A DNA stretch of 64,000 bases from contig NC_042999.1 in assembly GCF_006345805.1 (NCBI RefSeq), positions 139,624,001 to 139,688,000 of the forward strand, in the 5' to 3' direction. Under the pieces are notes generated by a model. It saw only the letters and a program-made list of their open reading frames with translations. It was not told the DNA's origin and did no database searches. Source of the DNA: Octopus sinensis (taxonomy: Eukaryota). The position numbers and the translations under genes are program-made. Every line of letters starts with the position of its first letter. Position 1 is the stretch's first letter. Shown here in pieces: positions 23,831 to 37,264 of this stretch.

Positions 23831-26800
23831 TCTCCTCCTAATAAATCCATATTCCTGAGGTACAGGTACTATGTGCAACTGAAAGTCTTTGTCAAAATCT
23901 ACAATCTGAAGAGAATCTTTCTGCATTCAACTTTTAGAATTTAGATCAACCTTCCAGAACCTGTAGTTAGGATCATCTCATACTTCAATATTTGATTTCC
24001 TAAATAGCCAGCAGTCATTTTCTTACAGAAACCATGAGCCAGTGACTGACCCTTTCAATTTCCCATCAAGAAGAAAACATGGATAGTCTTTCAGAAAATA
24101 AAGACTATGAAAATTGTCCTTATTTAGAAAAATTTAGTACACCATTTTCTATGTTTGGAAAGGATTGATAGATTAATAAGGAGTTAAGATTATAAATGAA
24201 GACATCAATGGTTAAGATTAAATTTTCCAAGTATATCCATCCTTTTGTTAATCAGTGGAGGCTACTGAGCATACAAATCATTGAAAATAATGTTAGACAC
24301 ATGGACGCAATGACCAATGGTTTGGGGATTTTGTTTAATTATTTTCTATTTTTTATGGGAAAATTTAGAAAACGAAGGAAATGAAATATTCAATTTTGTA
24401 AATAGAAAACTAGAAACAAGACTTGACAATTCAATTCAAATTTTACTTAGTTTTCTTTGTTATTGCCATTTTGTATGGCCAAACTGTTTTTTTTATTAGT
24501 GTAATTGTTTTTACTGATAAATACTCTTCTTACTAATAACCATAACATAAGAGTAGAAAATGTTTTATTTGTCAGGCACTCTGGAGCAACACATTGGCTG
24601 TAGAATTCCGTTTCCACCCACAATAATGTAGTCAGAGACCTAGCACCCTAATATTAGAGCCATTAAGCTTTCATAATATATTTTATAATGTTGTAAATTC
24701 TAAGCATTAGAAGGGTTAGTGTTAGGAAGGACATCCAGCCATAGAAACCAAGCCAAAACAGATTTCCGTACTCGGTGCATCCCCTGGCCTTACCAGTTCT
24801 TGTCAAGGTGTCCAACCCATGCTAGCATCGAAAACAGGCATTAAATGAGGATGATGATCTTTTTTATATTAAAATAAACAATTTAATACAAATTTATACT
24901 GTTATAATTTTATTTAAATTTATATCAAATACAAAAATATCATCAGTACCATTTATACATAAGGCTATCTTACCAGAGACTGGTTGTCATGCTAATATTG
25001 TTCATAAAATAATCAAGAAGATGATATCTTTTTTTGACATGGAATTGCCATTAGGACAGCAGAAATATTTGGTAAATTATCCTTACAAAACGGAAATTTG
25101 TCAACAAACAGCCATGGGACTCGAACCCACAGTCTCTAGGACTCTCACTGACTGCTTTATCATTAAGCTCAACTGCCTGCTGGCAAATTCATATGCAAAT
25201 TTAGATGTGAAATAGGTAATAGAACAACAATCTGTATATAAATATAAACAAACTACTGTTTCTTTTTTATAAGCGTCAAAATGTGTATTGTGCCATACAA
25301 ATAAGAAAATATTTTTCGAATGCTTATAAAAAACAAATGTTGATTTGCTTACATTTATATATATGTAGCTGTTCAATTAGCTATTTAGCGTCTAAATTTG
25401 CTAATGAATTTGTTAGTGGGCAGTTTAGCCTAATAGTAAAGCACTCAACTAGAGTTCTGATTTCCACGGCTGCTTGATGACAAATTTTTCTGTTTTGTAA
25501 GGTTAATTTATCCAGTGTTTCTGCTGTTCTAACAGTAATTCTGCATTTGAAAAAATATCATCTTCTTGTTTGTATTGTACAATATACATTTTGATGCTTA
25601 TAAAAAACAAATGTCGGTTTCTTTATATTTATTTACATATAAATGTTTTCTGATCATTTGAATTGCTGCCTTGAATCAAATATACAATTTCTGTTGACAC
25701 ACCAAATATCATGAAAATCAAATATGTGCAAAACTTAAGTAATTCCATTCAGATTATTACTTCCCTGTATTACTCCCATACTTTTTCTTTGTCTAACTGA
25801 AAGCACATTTATAGTGACCGCAAGAGTTTTAGGTGTTTACGTTTTGTTCACAAAAATAGGAAGATTGGGTACAAAACTGTTTCCTTGATATGTGTAATGA
25901 GTGATTGAGTCTTTGAGTTGTTGAAAGAAACTTGGTTAGCATGTTCCCATAGAAGAGGGTTCTCACAGTCCTTGTTCACAGAAGCATTGTATATCTGGCA
26001 TAAGGGGTTTATGCTGTTTATAGCTGACACTTGTGCACTGAAGATAAAGTATCATCCTACGTAGGACTGCATGTTGTTTAGTGTAACAGCAAATTGATAG
26101 AAAGCAGTGTTCTTTTATATATATTCTTTTACTAGACCCAATAACTGTTTGTGGTCATATGACTCTACTGGTGGATTCCTTCCAAAGGTTTTATTAATAA
26201 TATCAACTCCAGCATTTATTTAAGTCATCTACTTATTTTATCGCAAGACACCATTCACAACCATTTTGTATTGGTAAACACAGAAACACTCTCACTCAAC
26301 TTCAAAGTCAGGAAGGGGGGAGAGAGAGAGTGTGTGTGTGCTTGACAATGAGTGATAGCCTTTCAATTGAAAGCAGTAGAGAAGTTAACTTTCTAACTTA
26401 ATGAGAGCCTCCATTACAGTTATAGACAACCCTGCTATCTAAGATATGTCATCAAAGGATTGGTTAAGAATATCTTGATTATGGTTTCCATTTTTTTCAG
26501 GATAGTGATTTATAAAGTTGCAGTATTAAGTTTATCCCAGTCACCAAGCCATTGACCCTCATATATACACACACACTCATATATATATATATATCATCAT
26601 TTAACACTTTTGTTCCTATTGGAATGAGTTGGACAGTTTGACTGTATACAATGAGTCTAAAGATTACATTCTGTTCCAGTGTCTTCTTTGGCATGGTTCC
26701 TACTCCTGGATATCCTTCCTAATGCTAAACAATACAAACTATACTGGGTGCTATTTTCATGTCACCAACACTAGCGAGGTCACCATGCAGCTGGCAAGAC

Positions 26801-27306
26801 TACAAATTCTAAGGAGAGGATGGTTTTATGTAAGATGAAGGGTTAAACTATCATACTGTAGAGGAGCTACATAGTTACATATTGAAGTCACAATGATTGG
26901 GGGAAGCTGGGAAGAGATGAAATAGTGGTGATAAAGTTATGAGGTGTGTAGAAGTGAGTGGAAACATCTTTGGAATATTGGACAAAATGCTTTGTAATAT
27001 TTCACATTCCAAATTCAAATCTCTACTAGGCTGACACTGCATTTCCTCCTAGCATCCCTTTACACCAAAGATGATCCTAAGTGCAGATGAACATAAAAGC
27101 CCATGACAGAATCACAAGGCATTTCTGTTCACACTGCAATTTCATCATCACCTACTGATACAAAGTTTCCATCGACTAACTTTCCCTCACAAGAAACTGA
27201 AAATGCAGAGCAATGGAAACAAACTCAGAACCACAATTTTGTAAAACGAATATCTTAACATCACAGCCATACCTGCACATGAAAGGTTATTTAGTCATTT
27301 TCTCTA

Positions 27307-28275
27307 TCACATAAGATCATCTGCTTCATATAAACCTACATGTTTAAGATTTGTATGTTGTGTACATAATGGTACGTTGTCCCTTCCTGCTGTAAAAAGT
27401 CTTACAGGATAGACACCTTCATTACTACCAGATGTCATAATGTTCTCAATTGACTGGATAGTTGCTATACTTCGGTGTAGCATTTTAGATGCATCATTTT
27501 GTATGGAAATAGACTGGGAAGACCTTTTCTCTTCAATGCATGACACAGGAGGTAAGTCAGAAACTATAGAGCCTTCAAATACATTAGACTTTAATTTACA
27601 TGTTGGTCCATATATCACATGTGATACTGTATTGCTTGAAACTGGAGTGGATATGTAAGCCTCATTGTTCAGTTGACCATATTTCTCATTATCAAGCCCT
27701 ACAGGTTCAGTTTTCACTCTGAGAACAAAATCAGAATCATTTGAGCAGTCACCATATGTATTAGCATCCAATGAGTCAATTTCAGATTCCTGTTCAATGA
27801 CACCAGCAGTACCATTTTTAACTTGTGCTAATGCAGCCTCACATATCTCTTGTTTAACATCAATGACTTGTGTAATGAAAGATGGAGTAGATTGAGATGT
27901 AACTGATGTGATGGATGATGAAGGCAGAGATGGTTGAACTGTTGGCACTGTAATATTGGTTGGAACTGGCAGACCGGCTTGTGTCTGGTTCTGCCTAAGA
28001 TCAGTCGACGGTTGGTTTATTTTGTTTATAAGATTGTTATCACACATTTCTTCAAATTTTTTCATTTCTAATTGTTTTGCAATGATTTTTAATTGCTGTA
28101 AAATATCTGGATCAAGATCTAAATATCCATTGTACATGTATTCTGCAAATGCATTTAAAGCTTGTGTACTAACTTCTTCTGGAAAGTTTATTTGGAGAAA
28201 CTTCTGAGAGGAAATATTTGTACTAAATACTGACAATAGTTTTGGACACACAGCAGATAGAATAACTTTATGTAC
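27307..28275 (-). CDS. BTB gene 2, terminal exon
   Basis: Acceptor tttcag|GTA CAT AAA; 323 codons to TGA. VHKVILSAVCPKLL...EYMYNGYLDLD...AKQLEMKKFEEMC; tail homologous to genes 1 and 3. Confidence 0.9.
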   Translation of the reverse strand, partial: VHKVILSAVCPKLLSVFSTNISSQKFLQINFPEEVSTQALNAFAEYMYNGYLDLDPDILQQLKIIAKQLEMKKFEEMCDNNLINKINQPSTDLRQNQTQAGLPVPTNITVPTVQPSLPSSSITSVTSQSTPSFITQVIDVKQEICEAALAQVKNGTAGVIEQESEIDSLDANTYGDCSNDSDFVLRVKTEPVGLDNEKYGQLNNEAYISTPVSSNTVSHVIYGPTCKLKSNVFEGSIVSDLPPVSCIEEKRSSQSISIQNDASKMLHRSIATIQSIENIMTSGSNEGVYPVRLFTAGRDNVPLCTQHTNLKHVGLYEADDLM

Positions 28276-29302
28276 CTGAAATACAGAAAATAATGAGAAA
28301 TTTTTTTAGCCATCTAATAATTGAATTGCAAAACATTTTTAAATATTACAACTCAATTAAAACAAAAAATTATTTATTCCAAGAAACTTCATGGAAATAT
28401 CAATTGAAAGGTAAAAAATATATTTATTCATTCATAAATTGTCACTAAAGTTTCTGATACTTTATGTATAAAAATGCTATATTTTGCAGTGAGAAACTTG
28501 ATTCAAACTTCATTTATTCCACTAGGATATTTAATTAATCTCTCTCTATATATATAATAAGCCAAATCATATGGCTTTTTTGTGGGGTTCATCTCTTTCT
28601 GTCACACAACAAAGAGGTAGAAGAAAGTAGTAAAATTTTGCTGGGAGATATGGAAGAAAAGAAATTAAGCATTATAAAGAGAGGTGGATGAGATAGAAAA
28701 ATAGATACATGTCAGACAAATAGAGAAATAGCTACCAGTTAGTTAGCTAGTCTGACAATCAGGTGTAGCCAACAGTGAAATATAGGGAGAGATGAAAGAG
28801 TGAGAGAGGAAGAGATAGTGTGAGTAAAAGAAAAGATGTGCAATAAAGAAAGAAACAGCTCTACAATATAGGCAGGTAAAAAGCTATCATGATGAAATAA
28901 GTAGATAAAGCAGTGACTGTGCTGAGAGAAGTGGAAAAGAGAGTTTTATAAAAAGAGGTGGATTGGATATACAAATAGAAAATGAAGCAGGACTTGAGGA
29001 AAAAGATCATGAATTAGTGAAAGACCAGAAAAGAACATCAATGTTGGTATAAAATAAACTTTACTTTTACTTTGCAAAATATTAACTAATAAACAAGATG
29101 TTTGTCATTAAGAAAATCCAAACATTGCTAAAAATAAAGATCAGTAAAAATTAATAATTTTAACCATCATCTCTGGCATGAAAACAAAGCTTCTTGAAAG
29201 ATGTGTATACTTGAGATATTTTGAACAGTTACATTTTGAAAATTATGATGAGTCAAATAGAAAAAGAGATAAGCATTTTAAATGTCAAGACAAAACACTT
29301 AC

Positions 29303-29570
29303 CATTACAGTTGATGAACCATTACCAATACTAGCATCACACAATTTTTTACTTTTCCACAGTGCTGCCAGGTTGGACATGACATGGAGCTGATGATCAG
29401 CAACAGCAAGTATTCTTTTCCTCTGATGCCAAGGCTTCCTAACACCATTTGGTTTGGGTACAGGTATCTGTGCTGACTGAGCAACATCCATACACTGTTG
29501 GACTGGCATTTGGGAAGCAATTTGAAGAGAATTTGCAATTATCTGAGATACCTGAGTGTTAATCATGTGT
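29303..29570 (-). CDS. BTB gene 2, exon with N-terminal half of BTB (SNLAALWKSKKLCDASIGNGSSTVM)
   Basis: Acceptor tttatttcag|A CAC ATG (phase 2); donor ATG|gtaagt (phase 0). Confidence 0.88.
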
Positions 29571-29659
29571 CTGAAATAAAAGATTATAATTTACTTCAGA
29601 ATAATTTTATGGGTGAAAATGCAAATTCAATCATCAGAATAATTTCAGTTGCAACATAC

Positions 29660-29754
29660 TTATCAGCATCAAACAGTTGATCATCAGTCTGCACCTGCTC
29701 TGTATATTGTTGCTTCATTGATTCTTCCGAATAACATTGATTTGACAATTCTGC
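29660..29754 (-). CDS. BTB gene 2, small exon (AELSNQCYSEESMKQQYTEQVQTDDQLFDADK)
   Basis: Acceptor ctttcag|GCA (phase 0), donor AA|gtatgt (phase 2), 89-bp intron, in frame with the next exon. Confidence 0.7.
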
Positions 29755-31496
29755 CTGAAAGTATAAAGAGATACATGAGTATCATAAAGAATAGTTTGCT
29801 TTGTAATGAATTTAAAAGTGGTGATTATTGACCTAACCAGCCTCTCCAATTCTAAATGAAGCTATGTCACATAAAAGCAGTAGATAAAAAGTGTATAATA
29901 GTAAGAAATGTCTTTCATAATTATTTCATCCACTCACTCATGAAAAATCTTTAGAAAGAAAGCATTTATAAAGGAACATAAGGTTTATTAACAGATCTAA
30001 GAAATATTGTTCCCAGAAAGAAACATTAAATGAAAATAATAACAGGACAGTTACTAAACACAGAAACATCAGATTTTATAAAATTGCTTCAACTTATGTA
30101 AAAAATTCATCATAATAATTGTTTAATGTCCATTTTCTATGCTGGCATAGACTGGACAGTTTGGCAGAGGATAGCACCAGGCTCCAATGTCTGTTTTAGC
30201 ATGGTTTCTATGAGTGGATGCCTTTCCTAACACCAACAACTTGACTGAGTGTACTGAGTACTTTTTACATGCCACTGACACTAATGAGGTCACTAAATAA
30301 TTCACAAAACAAGACTACCTCTAACTTGAAACTAAATTAGTAAATATAGAGTCTGAAAAGTTACCTAGGAATCTAAAAATTTAATAATATTCATTTGTTA
30401 ACTGTTTATTATTATTATTATTATACTAAAAGACAATTTTAAAATGAATACAAAATTACTTTAGTTATGACAAAATGGTGCTGTTTATATCCTCCATTTT
30501 CAGCTTTTCAGAGATTACCTCTTTTAGTAGAATTTTCTATACCTCTTAATTTCTACACAGTTATTGTCCTTGAACTATTGAATAGTCTTGGGTTTATAGA
30601 TGTATGAATGCACCTTTAGATAACGCACAGCAAAATGTAATTAGCGAGAAAAAACATTCCTTTTACTAATACTGATCATCCTCTCACAAAGATTTGTGGA
30701 CAGGAAGATTTGGCTTATTATATATAGAGAGAGAGATTTTTAAATATTACAACTAAATTAAAACAAAAAATTATTTATTCCAAGAAACCTCATGGAAATA
30801 TCCATTGAAAGGTAAAAAATATATTTATTCATTCATAAATTGTCACTAAAGTTTGATACTTTATGTATAAAAATGCTATATTTTGCAGTGGGAATATATA
30901 ATAAGCCAAATCATATGGCCCTTTTGTGGAGTTCATCTCTTTCTGTCACACAGCAAAGAGGTAGAAGAAAGTAGTAAAATTTTTGCTGAGATATGGAAGA
31001 AAAGAAATTAAGCATTATAAAGAGAGGTGGATAAGATAGAAAAATAGATATATGAAAAATTATCAATGAAAAGAAGAAAACTTTCATGTTATTCAGGATG
31101 ACAATCTTTCCTGAAAAAATAGTGATAAAAGTTAGATGCAAAAGTTTACTATCATAATTGATGAAAATACAGACTTTTCAGATGTCCAAATTTTGACTAT
31201 AGGTGTGAAATTTTTGATTTGGATAAACATAATGTCACAAATACATTGTTAGATACTGTAGTTATTGGAAATGGAATGGCTCCATGTCTTTACAATGCAA
31301 CCTTGCATGAAAGACAGATGCCTTAAGAAAATATTATAGGATTCACAAGTAATAATTGTTCTTCCATGATAGGCACTAAAAATAGATTTCACAAATTTTC
31401 AAAAGATAATGTCTTCTATTTTCGTAATAGGATACACCACTCACCCTGGATACTAACCATGTTGTCATGTTCTCCTAGAGACAAGAGTTACTTCAG

Positions 31497-31690
31497 TGGA
31501 GGCACAATGGCCCAGCAGTTAGGGCAGTGGACTTGCGGTCGTAAGAACGCAGTTTTGATACTGGGCATTGTGAATTTCTATTGAGCAAAAGCACCTAAGC
31601 TCCATGAGACTCTAGCGGGGGGAGGGGGGAATGAACCCTGCTGTACTCTTTCACCACAACTTTCTCTCTTTCTTCCTACTTCTGCCACAA
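31497..31690 (+). mobile_element. tRNA-derived SINE, second family, decayed
   Basis: ggaggcacaatggcccagcagttagggcagtggact tRNA-like head followed by a non-tRNA body. Confidence 0.55.
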
Positions 31691-34600
31691 AGCAGAGGAA
31701 CCATGGTGTAACCCACTATGGTGTGGAAAACTTTCAGACCCTAGTCTAGATTGCAAATCCTCTGTACCCCAGGATGGTTCAGCCCTCCACCCGTTAAAAG
31801 CCACCGTTTACGGAATGAGGATAACAACGTAGCTTTCGCGTCCGTGCAACTGCCAGTCTATCACATGTGGTGGGTGGATCTTCAAGTTGCCACACGCATT
31901 CTTAGTAGCTTAGAGTAGGCTCGAATTAGAGATTATTCTTTGTGGCTAATGGCGTGAATCTTGATTGGAAGAAGACGAAGAAGAAGAAGAGTTACTTCAT
32001 TCACAGCAGCAGTACACTATAGGAGACTTATTCAAGGAATTGTTGCATCAAGTCAACACAAAATGCCTAAACAAAGTGGTTTTCTTGAGAAACAGTTATT
32101 ACAATGATAGCAGAATAATTGAATACTTTATTTTCAAAGTGAATGAAAAGTTGATAAAGTTGATGTTGCCAGAATAGAACCAAGCACATATGACTTTATC
32201 ATCAGTAGGTGCTACAAAAGAAGCACATACTAAAGATAAAGATGTGTGTATAGAAGGTGAATTTGCTGAATGTTGTATTTCAATCTGAGCATTTCAATTT
32301 ACATTCTCCTTGTCTAATATCATTAGAATACAAAAATCACAATTAAAAATAAAAAATTTATTGAAGATGAATTACTGAAGAACATTACGTAATTACTGAA
32401 GAACATAAAGTAATTACAAAAACATTAACGGTGTTTACTTTGGGAGAAAGACAACAGCATATTTACAAAATTTAATTTTTGATGATGAAAGCCATGTTAG
32501 AAGATTTTAAACTTTTTGAAATTCCTAGTGGAATTCAAGTAAGTAAAAGGTTTTTCTATTTAGTGAAGATGAAATTATTGCTAAGTTAAAGATATTAGAT
32601 CCCAGTATATAGCTTACATCTACCATTTCAGTAGCTGTTCGTTTTCCATACATCTACTGTGTCAGCAAGTAGTCTAATGCTTTAGCATTTAAACCAGCCA
32701 TATCTATCTCAAATATTTTACCTTTTTTATGTTAACACTGGTCACATCCAGCCTCTCATACCGGGGTTCAGACAAAAGCCCCACGATTATATTTTTCGTT
32801 TTTAGAATTTTCTGTTGAATGTATTGACCCCAGAATTTTTTAAAACTTTTTCTACTTAACAATGCTGGGACGCCACCCTGAAGAATATTTAGATGGCTGT
32901 ATGGATCCCAGAATTTCTTTTTAAGCTTGATCAATACCACTTCTGTGATATAATTCATTTTTGTTTTTCTTTTTACTTGTTGCAGTTAATAAACTGCGGC
33001 TATGCTGGGACACCACCTTGAGGAATTTTCAGTTAACTGTATCGACCCCCAAATTTTTTTTTAGATGATTTTAAACCAGCGCATTAAGTTAAACCTGAAA
33101 AGTCTCTCAACATGCTAGAAATAACACCCAAATCGCTTGAAAACTTTATACCCCCCCCCCACCGTTATATATTTTGGTTATTCCTCCTTTTTTTTTATTT
33201 TCTAAAAATCTTTTTACTTGCTTCAGTCACTGAACTGCAGCCATGCTGGGTCACTGCCTTAAAGAATTTTTAGGCGGGTGTATCGACCCCAGAATCATTT
33301 TTAAATGATTTTCAACCAGCACGCAGTTGAACCTAGGTCTCTAGATATGTTAGCAATAACAGCCAAATGTTACAAATTTTTGGCGATGCTTCGGTATAGG
33401 TACACACGTGACTTTGTTTACATTTCTGAAGATAACAGAAACCCTTTTCTCACACCCCTAACCCTAACCCCCCACCCCATATATAAAAAAACACTTTTTT
33501 GAGATGTATCCGGTACTTCCGGAAGTACACCGGTACTTATACCGTAACATCGCCAAAGTTATTTTCCAAAATTCCAATTTTTAAGTAAACAAACTATATT
33601 CAATCGAAAAACGGTGTCAAAACATCTATGCCTCTCACAATGGTATGCTCCGTGTGTGTCAATTATGTCCCTCGTTTTTAGAATAATTTCAAAGTTCGAA
33701 ACTGAAAATAAATCAACCATAGCATCAATAATAGAATAACAGAACACAAGACTCATTACTAATCAGCGTACATATTGTCTGAATTCCAACAGAAGGGAAA
33801 GTATTTACTTCAAGAAATGTGTAGAAACATAAAAACAATAAGTACGTTTGAATGACTATATAGACACATACATAAAATGCAAGTAAATATTACACATGTC
33901 ACTGACTTTTTTTTTTCCTAACAAAAACCAGAATTTGTCATTTTTATAGAGAAACACCCATCTCCCTATTTGGGCTAACGATAAAAGTACATGAGTGACT
34001 AGCCTTCTGTGAGACTTTCAACAGCCGCAGAAAGTTCAAAAGGCCAACTTATTCTCATTAATCTGTAAGTGCTGAGAGAAGAAAAAAGACTTTAAATACA
34101 TATTTTAAAATGCTGATTTTTCTGCGACCAAAAATTCTTGAAGCTGGTGCCTCAGCTTGGCTGCAGTCCAATGACTGAAACAAGTAAGGGGTCATAAAAA
34201 ATTTCAAGAGATTTGGCTGTTATTTCTAGCATGTGAAGATACCTTCTAGTCTTAACTTCATGCGCTGGTTGAAAATCATTTAAAAATTTCTGGGGTTGTT
34301 TCATCCGACTAAAAATTCTTCAAGTTGGTGCCACAACATAGCCGCAGTAAAAGGTGAAAGGAAAAAAAAAACGAATAATCGAAAAATGTAACCGTGGGGC
34401 TTTTGTCCACTTTCACTATGGGGCTTTTGTCCTACACGCCTCATACCTACCATTCAATGTCATTCTAAAATTAATCACATCATCAAAATCTCAAAGCTAT
34501 GAGATAATGCATGATTATTTCAAAACAATGTGAATAAAGAAGCATTATATTTGACAGAGATATCTGAATGCTAAAGAGTTGGATGATCAATGAACTTCTC

Positions 34601-35131
34601 ATATTGCAGCACACAATTTTCCTAACTCTACAGAAAATATTCCTGAATACTGGTTGGTACAAGTTAAAAGACGTAAAAGATAGACTTCATAACGAAAAAT
34701 ACGATTTGCTTTCATATTTCATAACAAATTTACCTACAGTACCACGTTTGCCAGCATTCGTTCTACGTATAAAGCTAAGTAAAATACAGCTATTTCTATT
34801 TCAAACGATATCTTTACTATCTAGGTTTTTTCCCCCCAAACCTTAACTGGAGTTATGTTAAAGGTTTCAATTGCAGCCCTGCTTAAAGTTACAAGTATAT
34901 CTGGAAAACTCAGCCACTTACACCAAAAATGAGAAGTTAATTCGGTTATATAACTTGTAAACTCGTCAATCTCGACACACACACACATTTTTATTCTGCC
35001 TCTGTACATCTGAAGATATAGGCATGTATCTGCATCTATGAAACTGTAAGTAATGTGGAGCTGAGTCAATAAGTTATTAAATATTTACAACACCTCAACG
35101 GATGAGAGCTGATTCACCTGTATATACTTAC

Positions 35132-35536
35132 AAACATTCTTTGCTGATTTCTAGCGTTCTCATTCCTGGTCATCTGTTTCCTTCTCATCTTCCTCTTTTG
35201 GTCTTTAGCCAGCAAACCCTGCCCTTCGTCAGTAAGTCGTGCCAGCTTTTTTCTGGCGAATCTTAGCCTATTCTTGACCAGTAGTTCCTTTCTCTCTTCA
35301 TCAGTCATCGCCTTCCTCCTTTTCGCCATTCTTAGCCTTTCCTTGTCTCGTACCTCCTGTCTTTTTTCAACAGACATCGCCTGTCTTATTCTGGCAATTC
35401 TTTGCCTTTCCTTGGCTAATCGCTCTGTCCTTTCTTCAGGAGACATCGCTTGCTTTTTCTTGGCCCTTCGTTGTCTATCTTTCGTTCTCTCCTGCTCTCT
35501 CTCCTCGGCAGACATCTCATGTCTTTTTCTGCTCAT
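35132..35536 (-). CDS. Putative first coding exon of BTB gene 2: four to five tandem 23-aa charged repeats
   Basis: MSAEEREQERTKDRQRRAKKKQA / MSPEERTERLAKERQRIARIRQA / MSVEKRQEVRDKERLRMAKRRKA / MTDEERKELLVKNRLRFARKKLA. ATG at 35536; consensus donor TTT|gtaagt in phase 0, matching the phase-0 acceptor at 29754. Confidence 0.65.
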
Positions 35537-36624
35537 CTTGTCCAAATATTTAGCGTGTACCTCCACTTTGAATGTGGGTGATAAATTTTTATATACTTCT
35601 TTTTTTATTTTATTTTACTAGTGTCTGCCTTTACCGATGTCAAATCTTTTACAACAAATGTAATTTATACTCTCAAGGACTTGACTTGTTATTGTAACAA
35701 TCTAACGGTGCAGAGCTATTCGCTTGATCCACTAAAAAACTTTTCCGCATTTTTCACTGTTAAAAGTCTACAGTAGATTATTACAGAAAACAGTTTTGTT
35801 CTCTTATTACATCAGCCGGTAATACCAATCTCTTTTAAATTTCCTTCAAATCACATCCTACCTTCTTAAATAAGGAAAGGATGCTTTATATTAAGTAAAC
35901 CTATTATAAGCCTATACTTCTTAAAAGATGGAACGATCCTTACCCTGAATGTTTCAGATCATAGACCTCCTGGTCATAGTTGACTTGGGACTGAACGACA
36001 ATCATTAAAAAAAAAAGAAAAAAGAATTTGTAGGGTTACATTTCGAGATATTATCCTATTGCTGACCAACTGTTAACCTTTCTTTTTACGATCTATTTCA
36101 GGTCAATTTCGTTGCTTACTATCAACACTTTGCTGAGTTGGTGAGATGCGTGAAAAAAACAAACTCACCTTTCCACACTTTCAGAATAAAACAATCTTGG
36201 TAAATTCATATTTTAATTAGTAGTACCGTAGTACTTAGTTATATAATAAATATTTTAACAGTTGCCACTTTGGCGATCCTTCAGTATAAGTACACACGTG
36301 ACTTTGTTTACATTTCTGAAGATAACAGAACCCCCCCCCCCATATATAAAAAAAAACACTACTTACACCGGTACTTATACCGAAGTTACGCCCTTTTATT
36401 TATTATTTACTTTTTAGCCTGGAAAATATTCTAAATCGGAACTTTAAATTCCTGCGGCCGCCCACGATGATTTCACGACTTCAAATGACATTCAGATTAT
36501 TTACACTTTAGCTCTTACTTCAAATATGTGAATTATCTACCTCTCTCCGTAGAATGGCCATATTCGAAACTTTAGAATTCGTGTTTTCTTTATGAAAAAC
36601 AAACTTACTTCGCACATCATGAAC

Positions 36625-36769
36625 GAAAGGCTAAGAATGGCGAAAAGGAGGAAGGCGATGACTGATGAAGAGAGAAAGGAACTACTGGTCAAGAATAGGC
36701 TAAGATTCGCCAGAAAAAAGCTGGCACGACTTACTGACGAAAGGCAGGGTTTGCTGGCTAAAGACCAAA
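36625..36769 (+). repeat. 145-bp inverted copy of gene 2 exon sequence (35197-35341) with 8-bp flanking direct repeat
   Basis: One mismatch against the reverse complement of 35197-35341; TCATGAAC at 36617-36624 and 36770-36777. Confidence 0.9.
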
Positions 36770-37264
36770 TCATGAACTGATTTTTGCTGAAGCAGATCGT
36801 CACTAGTTCCCGAGATTATTAGTCTGTTTAAATCAGTGATTCTCAACAATTTTTTTTCTTCTGTATTCTTTTGATATGACTCGACAGAATCAAAACACTT
36901 CAATTCGGCTGTTTCCGTGAAAGCACGTGTCTGTGTCTTGTCAAATGAAGTAGAAGAAAGCTAATGGGTTGTACGTACGTGCGTACCTATTCTTGTCTAT
37001 GCCTGTTCTATTTTTATGTATTTATGTATTTATCTATCTATCTATCTCTGGACAGACAGACGCAAGCCAAATGGGCTCCAAGTAAGTTGGTCATTTTGTA
37101 CGTTCAAAAGTGTTTATTGTCAAATATTTTGTGTTTAAAAGTTGTGTAACAACATCCACTGCAAACCTTGATTAATATCTACACAAAATTTCGTCCCTTG
37201 TGGGCAAAATTTTTAAAATTCTCATAGGCCTCGTGTTGTATTTTAGCCATTTTTATTTTCAAAA

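Noticed and set aside
25108-25180. Functional tRNA gene (also the tRNA-like heads at ~4205 and ~31500)
   Set aside because: A/B boxes are present but no convincing cloverleaf or anticodon arm; the sequences continue into repeat bodies, so they are SINE heads.
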